NCBI GenBank assembly: GCA_963826115.1
Contig: CAWGVS010000006.1
Span: 352,001-416,000 of the forward strand
Length of the DNA: 64,000 nucleotides
Direction: 5' to 3'
Source of the DNA: an uncultured Candidatus Rokubacteria bacterium
GTDB taxonomy: Bacteria > Methylomirabilota > Methylomirabilia > Rokubacteriales > DASRDR01
The notes below the pieces were generated by a model. The model had not been told where the DNA came from. It did no database searches and worked only from the letters and a program-made list of their open reading frames with translations. How positions within the stretch are numbered: the first letter of the stretch is position 1; each line of letters starts with the position of its first letter. Shown in pieces: positions 55,396 to 64,000 of this stretch. The translations under genes were made by a program, and so were the position numbers.

Positions 55396-56829
55396 GTGAA
55401 TGCGATGACGTCGAATCGTTCCGCGTACCTGGTGGCCGGCGCGCTGTGCGCCCTGGCAGCCATCGTGTTCTGGCAGATCCTCGCGGTGCAAGGGGACGTC
55501 CGGCTCGTCGCCGTGCTGGTCGGCGCCGTTGCGCTCGTTTACCTCTGCATGACACGGCCCCGGGTCACGCTTCTGGTCACCATGGCGTGGCTGCCGTTCC
55601 TCGGCTTCACGCGACGCCTCATGGACCCGGGCGGCGAGCCGGGGGCCGACCCGATGCTGCTCGTCGTCCCGATCGTCACCATCGTGCTGACCGCGCAGGC
55701 GGCCTGGAACTGCCGAGAGCGGCTCCTGACGAGCATCGACCGCTCCCGGACGACCATGCTGGTCACGCTCCTGCTGCTGGCGTTGATCCTGTCGGTGTTC
55801 AATCCGATACAAGGGGACCCGCTGGTCGGACTGAGCGGCACCATCTTCCTGTTCTTCCCAGTGCTGTGGTTCTACCTTGGGCGCATGTACTTCGACGACG
55901 ACACAGTCATGCTCATCCTGCGGATCCTGGTTTGGACGGGCTTCGTGTGCGCCCTGTACGGCGCGTACCAGGCCGTCGCCGGGTTCTCTGCTGCGGAGGA
56001 GCACTGGATCGCGACCCGGAACTTCGCGTCGCTCCAGGTCGGCCGGTTCATCCGGCCGGTCTCCACGTTCCCGAGCCCCGAGGAGTGGAGCCGCTACATG
56101 GTGGTTGCGGCGATCTCCGCGCTCGGGCTCGCCATGGCGGGGGCGCGCCGCCGCCTGGCGCTGGTCGTGGTCGGCGTGATCTGCGTCGGCGTTGTGTTCC
56201 TGAGCGCCATCCGCATCTCGGCCTTCGGCCTCATGGTGAGCTTCGCGGTCCTGGTGGTCGTGATGGCCAAGTCGCGCGCCCGGGCGGTCGGGGCGCTCGC
56301 CGGCCTGGCGCTGCTGGCGTTCGTGTTCACGTGGGTGGCCCCGGCGATCTCCATGAACGAGGAGTACGCGTCGAACGTGGCGCTGGACGCGTTCTTCGGC
56401 CGCGCCAGCCGGGGCATCGTGGACCCCTTGAGCGAGGGGACGCTGTGGGAGCGGGTTGACCTGTGGCTCGACCTGTTCGGCCGGATCATCCCGCAGTACC
56501 CGCTGGGCATGGGCCTGAGCGTGCCCACGCTCGGCGCCTGGCGGTTCGACTCCGCGGTGAAGGTCGGGACCGAGAGCTACGCGGTCGCCCTTTTCGTGGC
56601 GACCGGCTTCATCGGCGGTGGCCTTCTCCTCGCCGTGTTCTGGGGGATCATCGCGCGGATGATACGGCTCTACCGACGCTCAGCCGATCCGGTCGTCGGT
56701 ATCGTCACCGCTCTCACGGCCGGGATCATTTTCACCAGCCTGGTGGGCAACAGTCTGTCGCTGTACACGGTTGGGCCGCTGGGTTGGGGTCTCATGGGAT
56801 GGCTCTCCGCGCGGGAGTCGGGCGCATGA
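55396..56829 (+). CDS. Putative Wzy polymerase / O-antigen ligase-like membrane protein
   Basis: Highly hydrophobic; ALYGAYQ, RPVSTF.SP, R..LW, PLGMGL; located among GT genes. Confidence 0.7.
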   Translation: MNAMTSNRSAYLVAGALCALAAIVFWQILAVQGDVRLVAVLVGAVALVYLCMTRPRVTLLVTMAWLPFLGFTRRLMDPGGEPGADPMLLVVPIVTIVLTAQAAWNCRERLLTSIDRSRTTMLVTLLLLALILSVFNPIQGDPLVGLSGTIFLFFPVLWFYLGRMYFDDDTVMLILRILVWTGFVCALYGAYQAVAGFSAAEEHWIATRNFASLQVGRFIRPVSTFPSPEEWSRYMVVAAISALGLAMAGARRRLALVVVGVICVGVVFLSAIRISAFGLMVSFAVLVVVMAKSRARAVGALAGLALLAFVFTWVAPAISMNEEYASNVALDAFFGRASRGIVDPLSEGTLWERVDLWLDLFGRIIPQYPLGMGLSVPTLGAWRFDSAVKVGTESYAVALFVATGFIGGGLLLAVFWGIIARMIRLYRRSADPVVGIVTALTAGIIFTSLVGNSLSLYTVGPLGWGLMGWLSARESGA

Positions 56830-56907
56830 CCAGTCGCACAACGGCCGGACTGGACGGATCCGCTGGACGCCCGGCCGCGGCCGGCGGCGCGAAAGGCGAC
56901 TGAGGCC

Positions 56908-58785
56908 ATGTGTGGAATCTTCGGAGTCAAGGGCGGGATCGAGGGGGCGCCCTTCGATCGGATGGACGCGGCGATCACCCACCGGGGGCCCGACTCCGGC
57001 GGGCTCCACGTGGACCGCGCCGGCGACGTCGCCATCGGGATCCGTCGGCTGCGGATCATCGACCTCCAGACGGGCGAGCAGCCAATCCACAACGAGGACA
57101 AGACGGTGTGGATCGTCTTCAACGGCGAGATCTACAACTACGCCGAGCTGCGGGCGCTGCTGGAGGGGAAGGGCCATCGGTTCTACACGCGCTCGGACAC
57201 GGAGACGATCGTCCATCTGTACGAGGAGTATGGGACGGCGTGCGTCCAGTTCCTGCGCGGGATGTTCGGATTCGCGCTCTGGGACGCACCGCGTCGCCGA
57301 CTCCTGCTGGCGCGGGATCGGCTCGGCGTGAAGCCCCTCTACTACTGGCAGAGTGGCCGCCAGCTAGTCTTCGGATCGGAGATCAAGGCGATCCTCGAGC
57401 ACCCGGCGGTCCCGCGCTCGGTCGACCGTGAGGCACTGCTGAGCCACCTCTCGCTCCAGTACGTGCCCCACCCGCGCACGATGTTTGCCGGCATCTCGAA
57501 GCTCCCGCCCGGGCACGTGCTGCTCGCCGACGACCGGGGGGTCTCCATCGAGCGCTACTGGGCGCCCACATTCGCGAACGTCCCCCGGCCCGTGCCCGAG
57601 TCGGTCATCGTCGAGGAGTGCCAGCAGCTCCTCCAGGAGGCGGTGGCGCTCCGGCTCGTCGCGGACGTCCCGGTCGGGGCGCTGCTCTCGGGTGGCGTCG
57701 ACTCGAGCCTCGTCGTCGCCCTCATGGCCCGGCAGACCTCGAATCGTGTCAAGACGTTCACGGTCGGCTTCGAGGAGGCGGGCGGCTACAGCGAGCTGGC
57801 CGAGGCGCGGCGCGTGGCGAACCTGATCGGGACCGAGCATCACGAGGAGATCCTGAAGCCGGTCCAGGTCGAAGCGCTCCTGCCGAGGCTGATCTGGCAC
57901 ATGGACGAGCCGATCGCGGACCAGGCGGCGATCCCGACGTATCTGATCTGCCAGGCGGCGGCGTCCCGCGTCCGGGTCGTCCTGACCGGGGAGGGGGGCG
58001 ACGAGATCTTCGGCGGCTACCCCCGCTACGCCTGGTTCCAGATCGCCGCTGCGCTCCACCGGCGAGCGCCCGGCCTGGCCGCGGTGACCGCGGCCGCGCT
58101 TCGGAGCGTGACCTGGCGCCCCGAGGCCCGGCGAAAGCAGGAATTGCTTCTCGGCGCGTTCGGCGACGCCGAGCGACACCTCCGCTGGATCGGAACGTTC
58201 GCCGGCCCGGAGCTGGCGAGCGTGCGTGGGCCGGCCCTCATCGACGGCTTGCCGCAGGATCCGGCCCTGGACCGGGCGGCGCGGGTGCTCGCGGGCTCCG
58301 GGACCGACCTGGTCCATCGGCTCATGGCGCTCGACCTGGACGGGTGGTTTCCCGACAACATTCTCGCCAAGGTCGACAAGATGAGCATGGCCCACTCCCT
58401 CGAGGCGCGGGAGCCACTTCTGGATCATCGGCTCGTCGAGGTGATGGGGACCATCCCGTCGCGGTTCAAGGTTCGCGGGCTCAAGACCAAGATCCTGCTG
58501 AAACTGGTGGCGGAGCGCGTTTTGCCGCCCGAGGTCGTGCACCGCCGGAAGCACCCGTTCCGGGTCCCGATCGGACCGTGGCTCCGAGGGCCGCTCGATG
58601 GCCTCGCGCGCGAGCTCCTGGCGCCCGAGGCGCTCCGTCGCGACGGGTACTTCGATGTCGCCCGGGTTAGCGCGCTGCTGCGGGCGCACCGCGAGGGGCA
58701 GCGGGACACGAACCGCCAGCTGTGGGCGCTTCTCTGCTTCCAGCTCTGGCACGCGATCTTCATCGCGCGCTCCGTGAAGGTGTGA
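56908..58785 (+). CDS. asnB: Asparagine synthase (glutamine-hydrolysing)-like amidotransferase
   Basis: N-terminal MCGI, HRGPD, NGEIYN, RDRLGVKPL, LSGGVDSS, TGEGGDE, KVDKMSMAHSLEAR. Confidence 0.9.
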   Translation: MCGIFGVKGGIEGAPFDRMDAAITHRGPDSGGLHVDRAGDVAIGIRRLRIIDLQTGEQPIHNEDKTVWIVFNGEIYNYAELRALLEGKGHRFYTRSDTETIVHLYEEYGTACVQFLRGMFGFALWDAPRRRLLLARDRLGVKPLYYWQSGRQLVFGSEIKAILEHPAVPRSVDREALLSHLSLQYVPHPRTMFAGISKLPPGHVLLADDRGVSIERYWAPTFANVPRPVPESVIVEECQQLLQEAVALRLVADVPVGALLSGGVDSSLVVALMARQTSNRVKTFTVGFEEAGGYSELAEARRVANLIGTEHHEEILKPVQVEALLPRLIWHMDEPIADQAAIPTYLICQAAASRVRVVLTGEGGDEIFGGYPRYAWFQIAAALHRRAPGLAAVTAAALRSVTWRPEARRKQELLLGAFGDAERHLRWIGTFAGPELASVRGPALIDGLPQDPALDRAARVLAGSGTDLVHRLMALDLDGWFPDNILAKVDKMSMAHSLEAREPLLDHRLVEVMGTIPSRFKVRGLKTKILLKLVAERVLPPEVVHRRKHPFRVPIGPWLRGPLDGLARELLAPEALRRDGYFDVARVSALLRAHREGQRDTNRQLWALLCFQLWHAIFIARSVKV

Positions 58786-59954
58786 AGACAGCCGACGGCC
58801 CCCCGTCGGGCGGTGATCGGGTGTTCTGCGTGACACTCGATTTCCCGCCTCGGGTCGGGGGGATCCAGATCATGGTGCACCGGCTCGCCCTGAGCTTTCC
58901 GTCGCTCCGGCCGCTGGTCGTCGCGCCGGTGAGCCCGGGCGCCGCCGACTTCGACGCGAGCCTGCCGGTGCCCGTGGTCCGCGTGTGGCCGGAGCCGTCC
59001 GGCGGGCGTGTGCGGAAGCTCTTGTGCCTCCTCAGCATGTTCGGCCGCACGATCCTCGAGGCCTGGCGCCTGCGCCCGCGAGTTCTCCTCTGCAGCCACG
59101 TCGTGGTCGCGCCGATCGCCCGGGCGGTGCGGTGGCGCTTCGGCGCACCGTTCGCCGTCTACGTGCACGCCTACGAGCTCATCCACCTGAAGGGCGTCTT
59201 GGCCCGCTGTCTCCGGGCGGCGGACGCGGTGATCGCCGATAGCCACTACTCGAAGGAGCTCGCGATCCGGCTGGGCGTGCAGGCTGATCGGGTGGCGGTG
59301 ATCGGGCAGGGGGCCGACGCCGACGTCGAGCCGGCGGCCTCGAGCGATCAGGTGGGGAGAGGCGCCCGGAGCCTCATCCTGTGCGTCGCCCGGATGGAGG
59401 AGCTCTACAAGGGCCAGGACGTTCTGATTCGGAGTCTTCCGATCGTCGCGGCCCGGGTGCCGGAGGTGCGGCTGGTGCTGGTCGGCGAGGGTCCGTATCG
59501 CGACTACTTCCAGCGGCTCGCCGAGTCCATGGGCGTGTCCGACCGGGTGCTCTTCACGGGGCGCGTCTCCGACGCTGAGCGCGACCGCTGGTTCCGGGAG
59601 TGCGACGTCTTCGCCATGCTGAGCCGCGTGAGCGCGCTGGACGGTGCCGGTGAGGGCTTCGGAGTCGCGTATGTCGAGGCGGCAGCGCACGGGAAGCCGG
59701 TCGTGGCCGGGCGTGCCGGAGGTTCGGTGGACGCGGTGCTCGACGGGGTCACGGGGCTCCTGCCGGATCCCCAGAGCGTGCCGGAGGTCGCCGACGCGCT
59801 CGTGCGCCTTCTGACGGACCGGGATCTCGCGCGGAGGCTCGGGGAGGCGGGGCGCCTGCGGGTTGCGACGGACCTCAGCTGGCGCGAGATCGGCCGCCGT
59901 GTGGAGGGCGTCCTCCGGAACGCCATGGCCGTGACGGAGACGGCGCGCCGCTGA
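58782..59954 (+). CDS. Glycosyltransferase family 4 (PimB-like)
   Basis: GTGA overlap; DFPPRVGGIQ, KGQD, EGFGVAYVEAAA.G.PVVAG. Confidence 0.88.
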   Translation: MKTADGPPSGGDRVFCVTLDFPPRVGGIQIMVHRLALSFPSLRPLVVAPVSPGAADFDASLPVPVVRVWPEPSGGRVRKLLCLLSMFGRTILEAWRLRPRVLLCSHVVVAPIARAVRWRFGAPFAVYVHAYELIHLKGVLARCLRAADAVIADSHYSKELAIRLGVQADRVAVIGQGADADVEPAASSDQVGRGARSLILCVARMEELYKGQDVLIRSLPIVAARVPEVRLVLVGEGPYRDYFQRLAESMGVSDRVLFTGRVSDAERDRWFRECDVFAMLSRVSALDGAGEGFGVAYVEAAAHGKPVVAGRAGGSVDAVLDGVTGLLPDPQSVPEVADALVRLLTDRDLARRLGEAGRLRVATDLSWREIGRRVEGVLRNAMAVTETARR

Positions 59955-59962
59955 GCTCTGGG

Positions 59963-61141
59963 TTGCGGGTCGCCCTCGTCAATCACAGCGGAGAGGTCAG
60001 CGGGGCCGAGGTGAGCCTCCTCGGGACCGCGGACGCCCTCCGCGGCGCCGGCGTCCGCGTCCTCGTCGTCGCCCCCGAGTCGGGTGACCTGGCCACCCGC
60101 GCGCGGGCGGCGGGCCACGACGTGGAGACGGTACCGTTCCCGGCGCCCCGCCTGACGCGCAATCCGTTCCTCGCCGCGCGTCGGCTCGGCGCGCTGGCCG
60201 GCGCCGCGTCGCCCCTGGCCCACCTCGTCCGTCGCCGGGAAATCGAGCTCGTCCACGCCAACTCCGTGCGGGCGGGCCTCATCTGCTCGCTCGGGCGGCC
60301 CCTCCATCGCCGGCCGGTCGTCTGGAGCGTCCGGGACTTCGTGCCTGTGAGCGCCGTGGGCGTGGCCATCCGCGTGGCGGCGGGCTTCGGCGCCGCGCGG
60401 ATCGTCGGAAACTCGAACGTGATCTCGGCCGACTTCGCGAGGTGGCCGTGGCTCCGGGCGCGGGCGCACACCGTTTATCCGGGCGTCCCGGCCAGCGCGT
60501 TCGACGCGGCAGAGGGGCCGAACTTCCGGGAGGCTTGGGGTGTGGCGCCGACGGACATGGTCGTCGGCTGCGTCGGCCAGATCGCCCCGTGGAAGCGTGT
60601 CCATGACGCACTCGCGGCGTTCCGCGCGGTCGCCGCGGCTTCCGCCGCCGCTCGCATGGTGATCGTTGGCGCCCCGAAGTTCCGCGCCGAGAACCAGGCG
60701 TACCTGGCCGAGCTCCAGGCGCTCGTCGCCGGCTGGGGGCTCGCGCCACGCGTCGTGTTCGCGGGCTTCCAGGAGGACGTCCAGCGCGTCTTCCGGAGCA
60801 TCGACGTCCTCATCCATGCCACCGACCGGGAGCCCTTCGGCCGGGTCCTCGTTGAGGCCATGGCCCAACGGGTCCCGGTCGTGGCGGTTGGCGCCGCCGG
60901 CATCGTCGAGATCGTGCGGGATGGCCAGACCGGCTTCCTGGTGGCCGCGGGCGACACGGCCTCGATGGCCGCGCGGACGCTCGATCTCCTGCGGGACGGC
61001 GCGCTGCGGCGCCGGATGGGCGAGGCCGCGCGCCAGCGGGCGTGGGAGACCTTCCGCACGGATGAGGCCGCGCGACGTCTCGTCGAGATCTACCGAGCGG
61101 TGCTGGCCGAGCGGGCCGGGGGCGCCCACGCGCTGGCCTGA
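59963..61141 (+). CDS. Glycosyltransferase family 4
   Basis: SGAEVSL, VGQIAPWK, EPFGRVLVEAMA. Confidence 0.88.
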   Translation: MRVALVNHSGEVSGAEVSLLGTADALRGAGVRVLVVAPESGDLATRARAAGHDVETVPFPAPRLTRNPFLAARRLGALAGAASPLAHLVRRREIELVHANSVRAGLICSLGRPLHRRPVVWSVRDFVPVSAVGVAIRVAAGFGAARIVGNSNVISADFARWPWLRARAHTVYPGVPASAFDAAEGPNFREAWGVAPTDMVVGCVGQIAPWKRVHDALAAFRAVAAASAAARMVIVGAPKFRAENQAYLAELQALVAGWGLAPRVVFAGFQEDVQRVFRSIDVLIHATDREPFGRVLVEAMAQRVPVVAVGAAGIVEIVRDGQTGFLVAAGDTASMAARTLDLLRDGALRRRMGEAARQRAWETFRTDEAARRLVEIYRAVLAERAGGAHALA

Positions 61142-61159
61142 GCGCGCGCCCCCCCACTC

Positions 61160-62056
61160 TCAGGAGCGGTTCCCGGCCCTCCGGAAGAGCAACCGCTCGA
61201 GGCGCGCCCCGCGGACGATGCCAGGAAGCTTCCGCAGCGACCGGTTCCGGGCGAGGTAGATCGGCAGGTGGAGAAAGTAGAGGACGTGGAAGCCGATCGC
61301 CTTCAAAGGATTGGGAAACAGCACGAGGTAGCGCTTCGCGCCCACGTAGAGGCGCGCAGATTCGCACAGGGCGGCGTACTGGTCGATGGTCGGCCTGTCC
61401 TCAGCAGCGCGCTCGACGAGCGTGCTCCGAGTGGCGCCGGTGTCGCGGCTCCGTAGCTCCGGGGCGTGCCGGATGGCGTAGCCGGACTTCAGCGCCCGGA
61501 GCGAGAGCTCCGCATCCTCGTAGCCGAAGAAGATGTTCTCGTCGAAGCGGTGCGTGTTCAGGAAGCGACGCGGGAACACCGTCGCCTGGATGGCGACGGC
61601 CTCGGGCGTGGCCGCCGGCACGAAGTAGCCGCGGAACGAGAGCCGCACCGGCACGCTAGCGACTCCGTCCTCGCGCACCGACACGCCGGTCAGGATGACC
61701 CGGTCCCAGCCCGGCCCGATCGTCGCGTAGTGAGCAAGCGCGTTCGCGAAGAAGTCGCGGTCGACGATCACGTCGTCGTCCACGAAGCTCACGAGGTCGA
61801 TGTCCGGCCGCACAGAGGCCAGCGCGTGGTTCCGGTTCGCGCACACGCCGCGGCGCGGGCCCTCGAGGTACGTGGCGGCCGGCACGCGCTCGACGATCGC
61901 GCGGTTCCTCGCGCGCATGGCGGGATCGGCGGAGTCGTCCGACACGACGATCTGGTCGGGAGACTCCGTCGAGGCCTGGAATGCGGCGAGGCATGCCGAC
62001 AGGGGCTCGGGCCGGTTCCGAGTGGTCACGCAGGCCGCGATCTTCACCGCCCCCAC
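61160..62056 (-). CDS. Glycosyltransferase family 2
   Basis: CVTTRNR, VSDDS, GVCANRN, FVDDD, FDENIFFGYED. Start is 62056 or 62047. Confidence 0.85.
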   Translation of the reverse strand: MGAVKIAACVTTRNRPEPLSACLAAFQASTESPDQIVVSDDSADPAMRARNRAIVERVPAATYLEGPRRGVCANRNHALASVRPDIDLVSFVDDDVIVDRDFFANALAHYATIGPGWDRVILTGVSVREDGVASVPVRLSFRGYFVPAATPEAVAIQATVFPRRFLNTHRFDENIFFGYEDAELSLRALKSGYAIRHAPELRSRDTGATRSTLVERAAEDRPTIDQYAALCESARLYVGAKRYLVLFPNPLKAIGFHVLYFLHLPIYLARNRSLRKLPGIVRGARLERLLFRRAGNRS

Positions 62057-62131
62057 CTTGCCATGGCCGAGCAGGGCGCCAGTCTACCGGAGCGCGCCCG
62101 ACCCGGTCAAACGGCGGGACCGTCGGATCCG

Positions 62132-64000
62132 CTATTCCGCGATGCTCAGGAGATACGGGCTGTCGCCGACGGGAAGCGACACGACCAGCGTGGACGCGGT
62201 TCGCTCGATGACATTCACCGGACGGTTCGTCCCGGTGAGCGGGTCGAAGTACCGGAGCGAGGCCGCCCGACCGTCGACGTTGGTCAGCTTCACGATGAAC
62301 TCCGTGTCGGGCAGCGTCTGGAGGATGTTCCGGCTCATCACGTAGATGGCGACCACGAACGTCCGCGGATCGACCTGGAAGGGGAAGATCGCCAGGGCGT
62401 CCTCGTAGGTCAGGTCCGGGTGCGTGGCGTCGCCCCGGAAGATGATCCCGCCGCCGTCACCATCCGCAGCCGCCGCGGCGGCGCCGACCTGACGCGGCGT
62501 GCCCACCGGCGTCGCGCCCTCGAAGACGCGCGCGGCGTTGCCGAGAGCCTTGAAGGGGAGCGGCAGGACGGCGTCGGGATTCGAGGGGTAGCTGGAGAGC
62601 TGAGCCACCGAATCCGGCATGAGGTCATACGCGAGGAGGTTGTGGTCGAGATAGTCGGCGAAGAACCAGATTCCCGCGATGCCCTTGTTCAACCAGAAGA
62701 ACGAGGCCCGGAGGAGCGCCTTGGCCTTCAGGTAGGAGGCCTTCTGCACGTCGGTGACGCCGTAGCCCGACGGGTTGAATCCCCACTCCGTCATGTAGTG
62801 GCGGAAGACCGGCGACGAAGGGGGACGCTCCTGCCGTCCGTTCGGCGTGAGGTGCCGGACGAGGCCGTCGGGCCGGATGTACATGCCGGCGCCCTCCGGC
62901 ATCACGACCCGGTAAGGGGGTGCCGGCGGGGCGTAGCCCTCCAGGTTGTAGGCGATGCCCTGGTGCTCGTCGGCGAACGAGTCGTACTCGGCGAACTCGT
63001 AGGGATGGTAGGACTGCCCGAGCATGCCCGGGGGTAGGCTGGGCACCTGGGGGTTGAAGAAGGTCGTGTTGCTGAAGCCCCAGATCGGCGTCACGCGCGG
63101 GTACTCCGCGGCGAGCATCGCCACCGTGCGCCGCGCGAGCTCCCACGACCGCTTGCCGGGCTGGAGCGACACCTGATCCGGCACGATCGGCGGTGAGTAG
63201 TAGTTGTTGATCTTGAGGAAGTCCGAGCCGAACGTCAGCTCGTTCCAGATTTCGACGTCGAAGTCCGTAATGCCCGCCGCGATCACGGCGCGCACCGAGG
63301 TCCGGACGTACGCGAGCCAGCCCGCGACCGTCTCCTCGTACGCCGCGGTGCCCGGCTCGGAGAGCGGCTGGTAGCGGAGGGTGTCGAGCTTGACCGACTG
63401 GCCGGCGCCGAGGGTGACGGGCAAGGGCTTCGAGAGGGTCACGGTGCGCGACGACGTGTTGACGGCGGTGATGATGACCTCCGCCATCTTGTAGCCTGTC
63501 AGGTTCGAGAGGCCGGTGTAGCTTGGCTTGATGCCGCTCACGTCGTTGAGCTGAAGGGTGCGGTTCCCGGCGCCGGCGGTGGTCGAGACGGTTCGCCCCG
63601 TCAGCTCGCGATGGGGGACGGGATAGCCGTGGTGCCCGTTGAGGAGGATCAGCGGGCGGATCCCATTGGCCTTCGCCGCGCTCAGGATTGCCGCCATGGT
63701 CGTCTTCGTGGACGGGATGAGGTCGAGGGTGTCGTAGTCCGTGCGCCCCCACCCGATCTCGATGCGGATGCGGGCAATGCCGCTCTCGGCCAGGAGCCGC
63801 ATCTCGACGTCGTGGCGCACCCGGTACGTGTCGACGTGGTAGTTCAGTCCGAGGCCGTCGAGATAGGCGGAGGCGGGCATCGTCTCCAGCCAGCCGCGCC
63901 ACGGATGCTTGTAGTGCGAATGGTACGGGTTGGGCACGTCGAGCTGGCCGGGATCGAGCTGGTTGACCAGGGCGACGTTGATGTCGTTGATCTGGATCGA
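62132..64000 (-). CDS. Putative clan GH-A glycoside hydrolase-like protein; 5' end lies outside the window
   Basis: Frame is open to the window edge; RIRIEIGW, VEIWNE (acid/base), SYHPY, YMTEWG (nucleophile); C-terminal beta domain. Confidence 0.6.
   Translation of the reverse strand, partial: SIQINDINVALVNQLDPGQLDVPNPYHSHYKHPWRGWLETMPASAYLDGLGLNYHVDTYRVRHDVEMRLLAESGIARIRIEIGWGRTDYDTLDLIPSTKTTMAAILSAAKANGIRPLILLNGHHGYPVPHRELTGRTVSTTAGAGNRTLQLNDVSGIKPSYTGLSNLTGYKMAEVIITAVNTSSRTVTLSKPLPVTLGAGQSVKLDTLRYQPLSEPGTAAYEETVAGWLAYVRTSVRAVIAAGITDFDVEIWNELTFGSDFLKINNYYSPPIVPDQVSLQPGKRSWELARRTVAMLAAEYPRVTPIWGFSNTTFFNPQVPSLPPGMLGQSYHPYEFAEYDSFADEHQGIAYNLEGYAPPAPPYRVVMPEGAGMYIRPDGLVRHLTPNGRQERPPSSPVFRHYMTEWGFNPSGYGVTDVQKASYLKAKALLRASFFWLNKGIAGIWFFADYLDHNLLAYDLMPDSVAQLSSYPSNPDAVLPLPFKALGNAARVFEGATPVGTPRQVGAAAAAADGDGGGIIFRGDATHPDLTYEDALAIFPFQVDPRTFVVAIYVMSRNILQTLPDTEFIVKLTNVDGRAASLRYFDPLTGTNRPVNVIERTASTLVVSLPVGDSPYLLSIAE

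Overview
Very GC-rich bacterial DNA, densely coding and mostly on the + strand. The gene content (several Liv-type ABC systems, type II PKS-like genes, hpnJ) would fit a soil lineage such as Ca. Rokubacteria/Methylomirabilota, but this is inference only. In order, the window holds: (1) the 3' end of an FprA-type ferredoxin reductase and a SAM methyltransferase; (2) a carboxylate uptake/activation operon (CoA-transferase A/B, acyl-CoA ligase, Liv-type ABC, PaaK-like ligase), then a Cys-less thioredoxin-fold protein, an isochorismatase and a second Liv/Urt-type ABC; (3) a tightly coupled aryl-polyene/ladderane-like type II PKS cluster (papain-fold lipoprotein, LpxL-type acyltransferase, KS-CLF-ACP-KS-CLF, GT2, MacB/LolDE-type ABC) with no KR or DH; (4) a degenerate thermonuclease coupled to a large secreted GSDH-propeller/PKD/PA14 protein; (5) a CDP-alcohol phosphotransferase-hpnL-like-hpnJ-LMW-PTP operon; (6) a divergent sigma54 activator with an atypical receiver, plus a CheY-like protein, facing a ~22 kb Wzx/Wzy surface-polysaccharide locus with sigma54 promoter motifs, an OM beta-barrel, two SLBB-expanded OPX proteins, split Wzc, an O-ligase-TPR protein and a GAF pseudo-histidine kinase; (7) a convergent GT2 and a truncated clan GH-A hydrolase. 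I saw no rRNA, tRNA, CRISPR array or mobile element. All product calls come from motif recognition by eye, not database searches.
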